Shown here piece after piece: positions 10,405-19,832 of a stretch of 64,000 nt of DNA (position 1 is its first letter; each line of letters opens with the position of its first letter). Source of the stretch: Clostridia bacterium (GTDB taxonomy: Bacteria > Bacillota > Clostridia > Oscillospirales > CAG-382); NCBI GenBank assembly GCA_017397955.1, contig JAFQHL010000031.1, positions 8,191 through 72,190 of the forward strand, written 5' to 3'. The notes below the pieces were generated by a model, which was not told the DNA's origin, did no database searches, and was given only the letters and a program-made list of their open reading frames with translations. The position numbers were made by a program, and so were the translations under genes.

Positions 10405-12234
10405 ATGAAAAGACTAACAGCATTTGTTCTTGTATTTTGTCTTTGCCTGAGTGGTGGATTTACTTATGCTGCGGCGCAGCATGACTATCAACATCTCCCT
10501 AAGGCGCTTAAAATAATATCAAACAACAGCGATACAAGCCTTCAGACTGTTGTAGATCACACTGATATTGCAAGCCCTCAAGCTGTTACCGGTGGTGTGG
10601 AAGACATAAATCCTAAAACCATTTATAGCGGCACTTGTGGCGACAATTTAATGTGGACATTTGATACAGATACAGGTGTCCTTAATATTGAGGGTACGGG
10701 CGATATGGCAAATTATTCATATTATAATAGCTTACGCTCACCTTGGTATGGATATCATGGAGAGATCGAAACCGTAAATATTGCAAATGGCGTAACAACT
10801 ATTGGGAACTATGCGTTTTATGATTGCACTGCTCTTACAAGTATAACCATCCCCTACAGCGTTACCTCTATGGGTGAAAGTGCGTTCTATAATTGCGCCT
10901 TCCTAACAGGCGTAACCATCCCCGACAGCGTTACTTTTATTGGGGACGAGGTGTTTCGAGGATGCCTTTCACTTGAGAACATAACCATTCCCGATAGTAT
11001 TACCTCTATTGGTATCCGTGCGTTCTATAATTGCGACTCTCTCACAAGTGTAACCATCGGAGATAGCGTAACAATTATTGGGGCCGATGCGTTCTACGGT
11101 TGTATTGCTCTTACAAGTATAACCATTCCCAACGGCGTTACCGTTATTGGTAACGAGGTGTTTGCTCGATGCTCTTCCCTTGATAGTATAACCCTTCCCG
11201 ATAGTATTACTTATATTGGTAATGAAGCTTTTGATGATACGGCATATTACAACAATGAAGATAATTGGGAAAACGGCGAATTGTACATTGGCAAGCATTT
11301 AATAAAAGCTTCTTCTGATATAAGCGGTGAATATATCATTAAAAGCGGCACGCTTGCAATTGCTGACGAAGCTTTTTGGGATTGTTATACCCTCACAAGT
11401 GTAATTATTCCTGACGGCGTAACTGCTATTGGGTGCTATGCGTTTGCTTGGTGCTCTTCCCTTAAAAGCATAACTCTTCCTAACAGCGTTACTTCTATTG
11501 GTAGTAGTGCGTTTGCTTGGTGTTCTTCCATTGAGTATATATCCCTTCCCGATAGTATTACTTATATTGGTAATGGAGCTTTTGATGATACGGCATATTA
11601 CAACAACGAAGATAATTGGAAAGACGGCGTGTTGTATATAGGCAATCATTTAATAAGAGCTTCTAATGAAGTGAGCGGTGAATATACCATTAAAAGCGGC
11701 ACGCTTACAATTGCTTCCAGAGCTTTTTTTAGCCGTATTAACCCCACAAGTGTAATTATTCCTGACAGCGTTGCTTATATTGGTGTCTCTGCATTTTATG
11801 ATTGTAATATTCTAACCGTTAAATATGCAGGCAGTCAAGCTGAATGGGATGCTATGTCCATAGGTGAATGTAACGAAAAATTAACATCTGCTAACATTAT
11901 GTTCGGTTTTAAGGGCGAAGAAGACGGCTCTTCTGAGGGCGAAATAACAGAAGAAGTATCTTCTGAAGAAACTACCAATGAAGAGATCTTTGAAGATGAA
12001 ACCACTGAGGATGAATCGTCTGACGATGAAGGGGATATCCTTTACGGCGACGTAAACGGCGACGGCGCTATCAACAGCATTGACGCGGCGCAGGTGCTCA
12101 GACACGATGCTACCCTTATCTTGCTTGATGACACTGCACTTGCCGCGGCAGATGTAAACGGCGACGGTGCGGTTAACAGCCTTGACGCGGCGATGATTCT
12201 TCGCTTTGATGCAGGGCTTATAACCGAGTTTTAA
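10405..12234 (+). CDS. Secreted BspA-type LRR protein with acidic linker and C-terminal dockerin
   Basis: Signal peptide; many LTSITIPxxVTxIG repeats; GDVNGDGAINSIDA...ADVNGDGAVNSLDA. Confidence 0.88.
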   Translation: MKRLTAFVLVFCLCLSGGFTYAAAQHDYQHLPKALKIISNNSDTSLQTVVDHTDIASPQAVTGGVEDINPKTIYSGTCGDNLMWTFDTDTGVLNIEGTGDMANYSYYNSLRSPWYGYHGEIETVNIANGVTTIGNYAFYDCTALTSITIPYSVTSMGESAFYNCAFLTGVTIPDSVTFIGDEVFRGCLSLENITIPDSITSIGIRAFYNCDSLTSVTIGDSVTIIGADAFYGCIALTSITIPNGVTVIGNEVFARCSSLDSITLPDSITYIGNEAFDDTAYYNNEDNWENGELYIGKHLIKASSDISGEYIIKSGTLAIADEAFWDCYTLTSVIIPDGVTAIGCYAFAWCSSLKSITLPNSVTSIGSSAFAWCSSIEYISLPDSITYIGNGAFDDTAYYNNEDNWKDGVLYIGNHLIRASNEVSGEYTIKSGTLTIASRAFFSRINPTSVIIPDSVAYIGVSAFYDCNILTVKYAGSQAEWDAMSIGECNEKLTSANIMFGFKGEEDGSSEGEITEEVSSEETTNEEIFEDETTEDESSDDEGDILYGDVNGDGAINSIDAAQVLRHDATLILLDDTALAAADVNGDGAVNSLDAAMILRFDAGLITEF

Positions 12235-12283
12235 GCTTTAAACAAAATGCAATTTCCATTGGGTTAAAGTTTAATAAACAGAC

Positions 12284-12402
12284 AAGGGGCGATGTGCTGC
12301 AGAGCGGGCGGCACATCGCCTCTTTTGCATTACGGCACCGCGGTGTGACAAAAGGGATTGCGGATAACAAAAAGGCTTTTCGGTGTTGCCGAAAAGCCTT
12401 TT
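12284..12402. terminator. Two terminator hairpins between the convergent LRR gene and ahcY
   Basis: AAGGGGCGATGTGCTGC...GCGGCACATCGCCTCTTTT and AAAAGGCTTTTCGG-TGTTG-CCGAAAAGCCTTTT. Confidence 0.75.
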
Positions 12403-12431
12403 AATGTTATGTTTGTTCTGTACGGAAACGG

Positions 12432-13679
12432 TTATTCCAGATTCCAGCTGTTGAGGTACTTTTCCTGTTCGGGGGTGAGGGTATCAATTTCCACGCCCCA
12501 TGCGGCAAGCTTCATACCTGCAACACGGCGGTCGGTCTCTGCGGGTACATCTACGGTGCCTGCCTTGAGGTTCTTGCCGTTCTCAGCAATATAACGGGCG
12601 CTGAGCGCTTGGATGGCAAAGCTCATATCCATAATCTCTGCGGGGTGGCCGTCGCCTGCCGCAAGGTTTACAAGTCTGCCCTCAGCAATAACATTAAGTG
12701 TGTTGCCGTTTTCGAGAGTATAGCCGTTGATGTTGTTTCTGCGTTCCTTAACGGAAACCGCCATTTTCTCAAGACACGCCATATCAACCTCAACATTGAA
12801 ATGACCTGCGTTGCAGAGGATTGCGCCGTCCTTCATATTAAGGAAGTCCTTTTCGGAAATAACGCCGCTGCAGCCCGTAACGGTAACGAAGAAATCGCCT
12901 ATCTTTGCGGCGTCTTCCATCTTCATAACCTTAAAGCCGTCCATAACCGCTTCAATCGCCTTGATGGGGTCTATCTCCGTAACGATAACGGAAGCGCCAA
13001 GGCCTGCGGCGCGTTTTGCAACGCCTTTGCCGCACCAGCCGTAGCCCGCAACGACCACATTCTTGCCCGCAACAATAAGGTTGGTGGTACGGTTAATACC
13101 GTCCCAAACGGACTGCCCCGTGCCGTAGCGGTTATCAAACAGATACTTGCAGTTGGCGTTGTTAACAAGCACCATGGGGAACTTGAGTGCGCCGTCCCGC
13201 TCCATAGACTTAAGGCGGATAATGCCTGTAGTGGTTTCCTCACAGCCGCCCAGCACATCTGCGGCAAGGTGGGGATACTCGTTGTGGATAAGGCTTACAA
13301 GGTCGCCGCCGTCGTCAATAATGATGTTGGGGCCTACCTCTATAACCTTGCTGATGTGGCGCTTGTACTCCTCTTCGGTAGCGGCGTGCCAAGCATACAC
13401 ATTAAGCCCGCCCTTAACCAAAGCGGCGGCAATATCATCCTGTGTGGAAAGAGGGTTACTGCCTGTAACATACATCTCTGCGCCGCCTGCTGCAAGCACG
13501 CGGCAAAGATAAGCAGTCTTTGCTTCCAGATGGATGGAAAGGGCAACCTTCAAGCCTTTAAAGGGCTTGTCTTTTTCAAATTCCTCTTCAATAGCGCGGA
13601 GCAAGGGCATATTGCTCTTAACCCAGCCTATTTTCATCTCACCCTGTTCCCACAGGTTTATATCTCTAATCTCACTCAT
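12432..13679 (-). CDS. ahcY: Adenosylhomocysteinase
   Basis: SNPLSTQD, DDGGD, EETTTG, KYLFDNRYGTGQS, GYGWCGKG, GHFNVE, GRLVNL, GHPAEIMD; start at ATG 13679. Confidence 0.97.
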   Translation of the reverse strand: MSEIRDINLWEQGEMKIGWVKSNMPLLRAIEEEFEKDKPFKGLKVALSIHLEAKTAYLCRVLAAGGAEMYVTGSNPLSTQDDIAAALVKGGLNVYAWHAATEEEYKRHISKVIEVGPNIIIDDGGDLVSLIHNEYPHLAADVLGGCEETTTGIIRLKSMERDGALKFPMVLVNNANCKYLFDNRYGTGQSVWDGINRTTNLIVAGKNVVVAGYGWCGKGVAKRAAGLGASVIVTEIDPIKAIEAVMDGFKVMKMEDAAKIGDFFVTVTGCSGVISEKDFLNMKDGAILCNAGHFNVEVDMACLEKMAVSVKERRNNINGYTLENGNTLNVIAEGRLVNLAAGDGHPAEIMDMSFAIQALSARYIAENGKNLKAGTVDVPAETDRRVAGMKLAAWGVEIDTLTPEQEKYLNSWNLE

Positions 13680-15018
13680 CGGTGTTCTCCTGCTTTTCTG
13701 CATCCTTCTTTGCAAACCAATCTGCAAACTGGGGCAGATACTTTCTGTGCGCCATAAGCAATTCGTCAAGTACGGGGATAGCGTACTTCTGGCTTGCAAC
13801 CAAGGGGTTAATCATCATAGCAAGGAGCGCTTTGTTGTAGTCACCGCTTACAGCCGCTTCAACGGAGGCTATTTCAAAGGACTTTATTTCCTGTATAAGA
13901 CCGTTGGTAGCTTTGGGGAGCTTGCCAATCTTAACGGGGATAGGACCGTCCTTGGTTATACGGCAGCTAACTTCAACAACTTCGTCTTCGTCAAAGTTTT
14001 CTATAGCCTTGCCCTTATTAAGGGTGTTAACAACTTGAATATCGCCCTTGTCGGTGTAGATGGAGCAGATAAGGTTACAAGCGGCATCGCTGTAAAGTGC
14101 ACCGCCGCGCTTGGAAAGCAGCTCGGGCTTTTCGTTCAAATCGGGGTTCTTGTAAAGCTCAAATAGGTCGGTTTCTACCTGCTTAACCATCTCTGCACGG
14201 GTACCGTTGTGCTCAAACTTTTCAATAGCCTCTTCAAGGTATTCCTTAGCCATATAGAAGTATCTGTGGTAAGGGCAGGGGATAACACCCAGTGCATCAA
14301 CGAAGCCCTTGTTCCAGCTGATGCCGGTGATGTTGTTCATACTCATAGTGCCCCATTTGTCAAGCACTTCCGCAGTTCTGTCTTCACCGTCAACGGAAAC
14401 GCTTGTAGCGAACACCATGTGGTTAAGACCGCCGAACAGTACCTCTACGTCCTCTACAGGCTTGTCAACAATCTTTGCTATGCCGCTGTGCATATTGATG
14501 GGAACATTACAAAGACCGATAGCCTTTTTATGTACGCCGTAGCGGTTGATAGCTTCAGTAACCATACCTGCGGGGTTGGTAAAGTTTATAAGCCATGCAT
14601 CAGGGCAAAGCTCTTTAATGTCCTTACAAATATCAAGTATTACGGGGATAGTGCGGAGCCCTTTGAACAAGCCGCCTGCACCGTTGGTTTCCTGCCCTAA
14701 AATACCGTGGCTTAATGGGATGCGCTCGTCCTTGATTCTTGCATCAAGCAAGCCAACACGCATCTGTGTGGTAACAAAATCCGCACCGGGAAGCGCTTCT
14801 CTGCGGTCAAGGGTGGTGTAAAGCTTAATGGGAAGCCCTGCTTTTTCTATCTGTCTTCTTGCAAGCGCGGAGACTATCTCCAACTTTTCCTTGCCTTCGT
14901 CAATATCAACAAGCCAAAGCTCGTCTACAGGTAAACGGTCATATCTCTTAATAAAGCCCTCTACCAATTCAGGTGTATAAGAGGAACCGCCGCCTATTGT
15001 TACTATTTTTACGCCCAT
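13672..15018 (-). CDS. 6-phospho-beta-glucosidase (GH4, LicH/ChbF-like)
   Basis: IGGGSSYTPE, GQETNGAGG, NFTNPAG, GLCNVP, GLNH motifs. Confidence 0.93.
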   Translation of the reverse strand: MGVKIVTIGGGSSYTPELVEGFIKRYDRLPVDELWLVDIDEGKEKLEIVSALARRQIEKAGLPIKLYTTLDRREALPGADFVTTQMRVGLLDARIKDERIPLSHGILGQETNGAGGLFKGLRTIPVILDICKDIKELCPDAWLINFTNPAGMVTEAINRYGVHKKAIGLCNVPINMHSGIAKIVDKPVEDVEVLFGGLNHMVFATSVSVDGEDRTAEVLDKWGTMSMNNITGISWNKGFVDALGVIPCPYHRYFYMAKEYLEEAIEKFEHNGTRAEMVKQVETDLFELYKNPDLNEKPELLSKRGGALYSDAACNLICSIYTDKGDIQVVNTLNKGKAIENFDEDEVVEVSCRITKDGPIPVKIGKLPKATNGLIQEIKSFEIASVEAAVSGDYNKALLAMMINPLVASQKYAIPVLDELLMAHRKYLPQFADWFAKKDAEKQENTDE

Positions 15019-15040
15019 ATCTATTTATCCTCCTAAATAA

Positions 15041-15913
15041 TTATTTACCGTAGTTTTCAAAGAATATTATAAGTGCACCGGCTTTACCTGCGTTGTTACC
15101 CAAGGAGCAGGGAAGTATCTCGGTGTATTCATCAAGTTTTTCAAAAAGTCCGTAGGTGCGCGCTTTAAGGTCTGCCATAAAGCGGGCAGAGCCGCTGATG
15201 CCGCCGCCTACAAGGAACACCTCGGGGTCAAGAGCTACGCATACATTGCCTATGCAGAAGGCGATATCGCTGAGCCAAGCCTCATAGATTTCTTTAACTG
15301 TTTCGTTGCTGTCGATAAGCTCCATAACCTGCTTGCCGTTAACTGTTCTGCCAAGCGCTTCACTGCAACGCTTTGCAAGCACGGAGGTAGCCTTTGCATA
15401 ACGGGGAACGGTGTTGCCGTCCTCGTCCTTTTCAAAGCCCACAACAGCAAAGCCGTATTCGCCTGCCTTAAAGCTTTTGCCGCGGAACAGCTTGCCGTCG
15501 GTGATAATAGCACCGCCGATACCTGTGCCAACGGTCATAGCACATATAGTGCTCCTGCCCTTACCCGCACCAAGCACGCTTTCTGCCAACGCCGCACAGT
15601 TGCTGTCGTTTTCTATAGAGATGCGGTAGCCCGTCTGCTTCGCCAGCTCCTCTTTAAGATTGTAACGGGTAAAGCGTTCACTGCAGCCGTAGTCGGTATT
15701 TTCACCGCTTACGGGGTTTATAAAACCTGCCATGGATATAGCAACGCCGCCGTAGCCGTCACCGTAACTCTTTATAACCGAAACCAGCTGAGCTAAGAAT
15801 TTCTCCGGCTCGAACTCGGTTGGGGTTTCGCCCATCAGCTCCTCGTTAAAGTTCTCATCCATCACGGCATGCTTTATAAAGGTACCGCCGATGTCCATTA
15901 CTATGTACTTCAT
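15041..15913 (-). CDS. ROK family sugar kinase (beta-glucoside kinase-like)
   Basis: DIGGT, ENDSNCAALAE, GTGIGG, AGEYG. Confidence 0.88.
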   Translation of the reverse strand: MKYIVMDIGGTFIKHAVMDENFNEELMGETPTEFEPEKFLAQLVSVIKSYGDGYGGVAISMAGFINPVSGENTDYGCSERFTRYNLKEELAKQTGYRISIENDSNCAALAESVLGAGKGRSTICAMTVGTGIGGAIITDGKLFRGKSFKAGEYGFAVVGFEKDEDGNTVPRYAKATSVLAKRCSEALGRTVNGKQVMELIDSNETVKEIYEAWLSDIAFCIGNVCVALDPEVFLVGGGISGSARFMADLKARTYGLFEKLDEYTEILPCSLGNNAGKAGALIIFFENYGK

Positions 15914-16647
15914 TTATCGTCCTCCTCTTTTGTTAAGGCTTTTTCAAGATTTGCAAGCCGCTCCTCCAAGCTCTTTATCATCTGGCTTACAGGGTCGGGT
16001 ATATGTATGTGGTCAAGCTCGCTTCTGTTGTTTTTATCACGGTTTACGGGCTTTGCGGGTATGCCCACCGCTGTAGTGCATTGAGGCACCTCGCACAGTA
16101 CCACTGCACCTGCGGCAATTTTTGCATCGTCACCTACTTTAAAGGGGCCAAGCACTTTTGCGCCTGCGCCAACCATTACCCTGTCGCCAAGTGTGGGGTG
16201 TCGCTTCCCCGTGTCTTTGCCCGTACCGCCAAGGGTTACTCCTTGGTAGATGGTGCAGTAGTCACCAATCTCGGCGGTTTCACCTATAACAACGCCCATG
16301 CCGTGGTCAATAAACAGGCATTTGCCTATGGTTGCGCCGGGGTGAATCTCTATCCCCGTAACGGTTTTTGCAATCTGGCTTATGGCCCTTGCCGCAAAAA
16401 AGTGTTTGTTTTTGTATAGCTTGTTGGCAATCCTGTGCGCGGCAACAGCGTGCACGCCGGAGTACAAAAGTACTATCTCCGCCGTGCTTGTTGCGGCAGG
16501 GTCGTGTTTCTTAACATTCTCTATGTAGTCATCAAACGCAGCTTTTTGCTCTTTTGCAAAATCGGCATACTTCAAAACCGCGTCCACGGTTTTTGCGGCA
16601 ACACCTGCCGCCTTGCCGTTAAAGGCAATGTTTATATTAAGCCTCAT
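15910..16647 (-). CDS. cysE: Serine O-acetyltransferase
   Basis: DPAA, TGIEIHPGA, IDHGMGVVIGET, GGTGKDTGKRHPT. Confidence 0.95.
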   Translation of the reverse strand: MRLNINIAFNGKAAGVAAKTVDAVLKYADFAKEQKAAFDDYIENVKKHDPAATSTAEIVLLYSGVHAVAAHRIANKLYKNKHFFAARAISQIAKTVTGIEIHPGATIGKCLFIDHGMGVVIGETAEIGDYCTIYQGVTLGGTGKDTGKRHPTLGDRVMVGAGAKVLGPFKVGDDAKIAAGAVVLCEVPQCTTAVGIPAKPVNRDKNNRSELDHIHIPDPVSQMIKSLEERLANLEKALTKEEDDK

Positions 16648-16650
16648 ATA

Positions 16651-16911
16651 TCAAAGTCCTTCCTTAACTGCGGCAGCCTTTAGCGCTTTTGCAAGCTGGT
16701 CGGCGCAGGAGGTAGGCTTAAAGCCGCAGGTATTCCCCTCGGTGCGCTCGATTATATCCTTGTAGTTCCAGCCCTCAAGTATTTTTCCTATAGCCTTCAG
16801 GTTACCGTTACAGCCGCCGCGGAACGCTATGTTCCGCACCGTACCGTCCTTTTCCATATCAAAAGATACCTCTGCGGCGCAAATGCCCTTGGTTCTAAAG
16901 CTGTATTTCAT
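16651..16911 (-). CDS. TSCPD-domain protein (TIGR03905-like)
   Basis: GIC...GGCNGNL...CGFKPTSCADQLA four-Cys pattern. Confidence 0.85.
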   Translation of the reverse strand: MKYSFRTKGICAAEVSFDMEKDGTVRNIAFRGGCNGNLKAIGKILEGWNYKDIIERTEGNTCGFKPTSCADQLAKALKAAAVKEGL

Positions 16912-17531
16912 TGTTGCTTCTCGCTTTCCTGTATTATCTTTTCCATTTTCGTCTGTGCATCCCCAATTATTCTGTCAAGCACGGAATCAAACAGCGCTAC
17001 CGTTTCCTCAACACTCTCCACCTCTTTGTTGCGTATCATACAGGCGGTACCGTAAATATACGCTCTTATGGAATAGGCACAGAGGGAGCGCAAAGCCGCA
17101 AATCTGGGCTCGCTGGGGATAATCTCCTCTATAATCCTTGCTATGGGCTCGGATATCTTGACACGCAAGCCGTTGTCAAGGTTGGTTTCCGAGGGGTACA
17201 TTGTCAAAATGGTTATGTATGACGGGGTTGCCAGCAAAAACCGCAGGTAGGCAACACATACGGCGGTAAGCCGTTTTTGCGGCGTGCTGTCCTTGTAACA
17301 CTCAATAACTCTGTCTCTAAGGATGTACCAGCGGGAGGAGATGTAATCCATAAGGGCAAAAAGCAGTTCTTCCTTGTTTTTAAAGTGCTTGTAGGGTGCG
17401 GCGCAGGAAACGTTGCAAAGGTTAGCTACGCGTCTAAGGGAAAAGTCATTAAACCCGTGATTTTCCAATTCTTTAATTCCGGCAACCAGCAGACGCTCTC
17501 TAATACTTTCCTCTGCCTTGTTATACTTCAC
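16908..17531 (-). CDS. TetR/AcrR family transcriptional regulator
   Basis: FSLRRVANLCNVSCAAPYKHFKNKEEL HTH. Confidence 0.92.
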   Translation of the reverse strand: MKYNKAEESIRERLLVAGIKELENHGFNDFSLRRVANLCNVSCAAPYKHFKNKEELLFALMDYISSRWYILRDRVIECYKDSTPQKRLTAVCVAYLRFLLATPSYITILTMYPSETNLDNGLRVKISEPIARIIEEIIPSEPRFAALRSLCAYSIRAYIYGTACMIRNKEVESVEETVALFDSVLDRIIGDAQTKMEKIIQESEKQQ

Positions 17532-17641
17532 GGAAAAACCTCCCCCTAAAAATATACATAATCATTATAATACCTTTTTACTTATTTTACAAGTAAAACT
17601 TACAGCTATTTGAAAAAAACATAAAAATTTAATAAAAGCTA

Positions 17642-17695
17642 TTGACAACAGCCGATATAAGTACTATACTTTTGTCAAGGTTAACGGTGTTAACC
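17642..17695 (+). promoter_or_regulatory. aro operon sigma-A promoter with downstream inverted repeat
   Basis: TTGACA-17 bp-TATACT (17642-17670); GGTTAAC-GGT-GTTAACC (17679-17695). Confidence 0.72.
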
Positions 17696-17722
17696 AAGGC
17701 TTTATACTATCGGAGGTGCACT

Positions 17723-18811
17723 ATGAGCAGGCTTGAAGAAGCAAGACGTGAGATTGATGTTATAGACCAACAAATGGCAGAGCTGTTTTGCAAGCGTATG
17801 GAGGCGGTAAAAACAGTAGCAATGCATAAAAAAGAGCACGGCTTACCCATCCACGACCCCATGCGTGAGGCGCAGGTTATTGCGCGCAACTCCGAGAATG
17901 TAGATGATGACACTTTAAAAGAATACTATACAAGCTTTTTGCAGGATCTTATGGGAACTTCGCGGGCATATCAAACGAGGTTGTTGGAAGGGATGCGGGT
18001 AGCATTCAGCGGAACCTTGGGTGCTTTTGCACATATAGCTGTAAAAAAACTGTTTCCAACGGCTACGGCTGTGCCCTACGGTGACTTTACTGCCGCTTAT
18101 CACGCCGTTGAAAACGGAGAGTGTGATGCTGTTGTACTCCCGATAGAAAACAGCTTTAACGGGGAGGTAGGGCAGGTGACAGACCTTATGTTTGCGGGCA
18201 ACCTATACGTAAACCGTATTATTGAACTTGCTGTGGACCAAGACCTGCTTGTTTGTTCCGATGCTGTAGCGGAGGATATAAAAGAGGTTGTAAGCCATCC
18301 CCAAGCCTTAGGTCAATGTGCGGACTATATCCGTGCAAAGGGCTACACAAGTCGAGAATACGGCAATACCGCCCTTGCTGCCAAATATGTGGCAGAAAAA
18401 GGTGATAAAAGCCTTGCCGCCATAGCAAGTGCAGAGGCGGCAGAGCTGTTTGGACTTAAGGTGCTGGAGCGTAACATTAACACCGACCGCGGCAATACTA
18501 CTCGTTTTGCGGTTATGACCCGTGCGGAAAATAGGGTGCGTAGCAACAGCGGTACTCTTTGCTCTATACTTCTTTTCACCGTAAAGCATCAAGCAGGTGC
18601 ATTGGCAAAGGCATTGGATATAATAGGTCTGCATGGCTTTAATATGGGTGTACTTCGTTCCCGCCCCACAAAAGGAAAGATGTGGCAATATTATTTCTAT
18701 GCGGAAGTGGAGGGTGATGTGCGTACCCCCGCCGGTGAGGATATGCTTAGGATGCTTGGCAGATTTTGTGATTGCTTAAAGCACGCAGGCACCTATGAAA
18801 AAGGAGAATAA
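17723..18811 (+). CDS. pheA: Chorismate mutase / prephenate dehydratase with ACT domain
   Basis: REIDVID...R CM domain; LPIENS, SHPQALGQC, NTTRF; GGAGG RBS before ATG 17723. Confidence 0.93.
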   Translation: MSRLEEARREIDVIDQQMAELFCKRMEAVKTVAMHKKEHGLPIHDPMREAQVIARNSENVDDDTLKEYYTSFLQDLMGTSRAYQTRLLEGMRVAFSGTLGAFAHIAVKKLFPTATAVPYGDFTAAYHAVENGECDAVVLPIENSFNGEVGQVTDLMFAGNLYVNRIIELAVDQDLLVCSDAVAEDIKEVVSHPQALGQCADYIRAKGYTSREYGNTALAAKYVAEKGDKSLAAIASAEAAELFGLKVLERNINTDRGNTTRFAVMTRAENRVRSNSGTLCSILLFTVKHQAGALAKALDIIGLHGFNMGVLRSRPTKGKMWQYYFYAEVEGDVRTPAGEDMLRMLGRFCDCLKHAGTYEKGE

Positions 18812-18812
18812 T

Positions 18813-19832
18813 ATGGTACTTACCGTTAATTTACCTACAGAGTCATACGATATAGTAATAGAAGAGGGCGCGCTTGCAAGGGCGGACGATATGCTTGATC
18901 TTAACCGCCGTTGCCTTGTGGTTACCGACGAGGGTGTACCGAAGGAATATGCAGAGACTATAGTAAAAAAATGCGCCGCACCAACGCTTATAACCATTCC
19001 CCAAGGAGAAGGAAGCAAAAGCCTGCAGCTTTTTCAGTCGCTGTGCAGTGCTATGTTAGCGGAAGGCTTTACACGTAGTGACTGCGTTGTTGCCGTAGGC
19101 GGCGGTGTGGTAGGCGACTTGGCAGGCTTTGCGGCGGCGTGCTATATGCGGGGTATTGATTTTTATAATATCCCAACAACCCTCCTTTCTCAGGTGGATT
19201 CCTCGGTTGGTGGCAAAACCGCCGTTAATTTTGGCGGCACAAAGAATATAATAGGTTCATTCCATCAGCCCAAGAAGGTGCTTATAGACCCGTTGGTGCT
19301 TAAAACCTTAAATCCTCGCCATATATCCGCAGGACTTGCGGAAGCTTTAAAAATGGCGCTTACCTCCGACAGAGAGTTTTACGGCATATTCAAAGCGGGC
19401 AAGGCAAAAGAAAGTCTTGCAGAGGTGATAAAGCGTGCATTGCTTATAAAAATATCCGTGGTAGAGCAGGACGAAAAGGAGGGCGGACTTCGCAGAATAC
19501 TCAATTTCGGTCACACGCTGGGGCACGGGATAGAAGCCTTGCAGGGAGATGACGGGTTGTACCACGGTGAGTGCGTGGCATTGGGGATGTTGCCTATGTG
19601 CGGCGACGGTATAAGAGCAGAGGTGACAGAAATCCTTAAAAGCCTTGAGCTTCCTACGGTATTACCTGTGGATTTAGAAGAAGCACTTGCCTTTGCCGAC
19701 CACGACAAGAAATGTGTTACCGACGGCGTTAATATTGTTAGAGTAGACGTGGCGGGTGAATATGTAATGGAAAAGATGCCTCTTGAAGAGTGGAAACAAC
19801 TGATAAGAGACAGGGTAGGAGGAATGATATGA
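18813..19832 (+). CDS. aroB: 3-dehydroquinate synthase
   Basis: GGGVVGDLAGF, PTTLLSQVDSSVGGKT, LNFGHTLGH, HGECVA. Confidence 0.97.
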   Translation: MVLTVNLPTESYDIVIEEGALARADDMLDLNRRCLVVTDEGVPKEYAETIVKKCAAPTLITIPQGEGSKSLQLFQSLCSAMLAEGFTRSDCVVAVGGGVVGDLAGFAAACYMRGIDFYNIPTTLLSQVDSSVGGKTAVNFGGTKNIIGSFHQPKKVLIDPLVLKTLNPRHISAGLAEALKMALTSDREFYGIFKAGKAKESLAEVIKRALLIKISVVEQDEKEGGLRRILNFGHTLGHGIEALQGDDGLYHGECVALGMLPMCGDGIRAEVTEILKSLELPTVLPVDLEEALAFADHDKKCVTDGVNIVRVDVAGEYVMEKMPLEEWKQLIRDRVGGMI

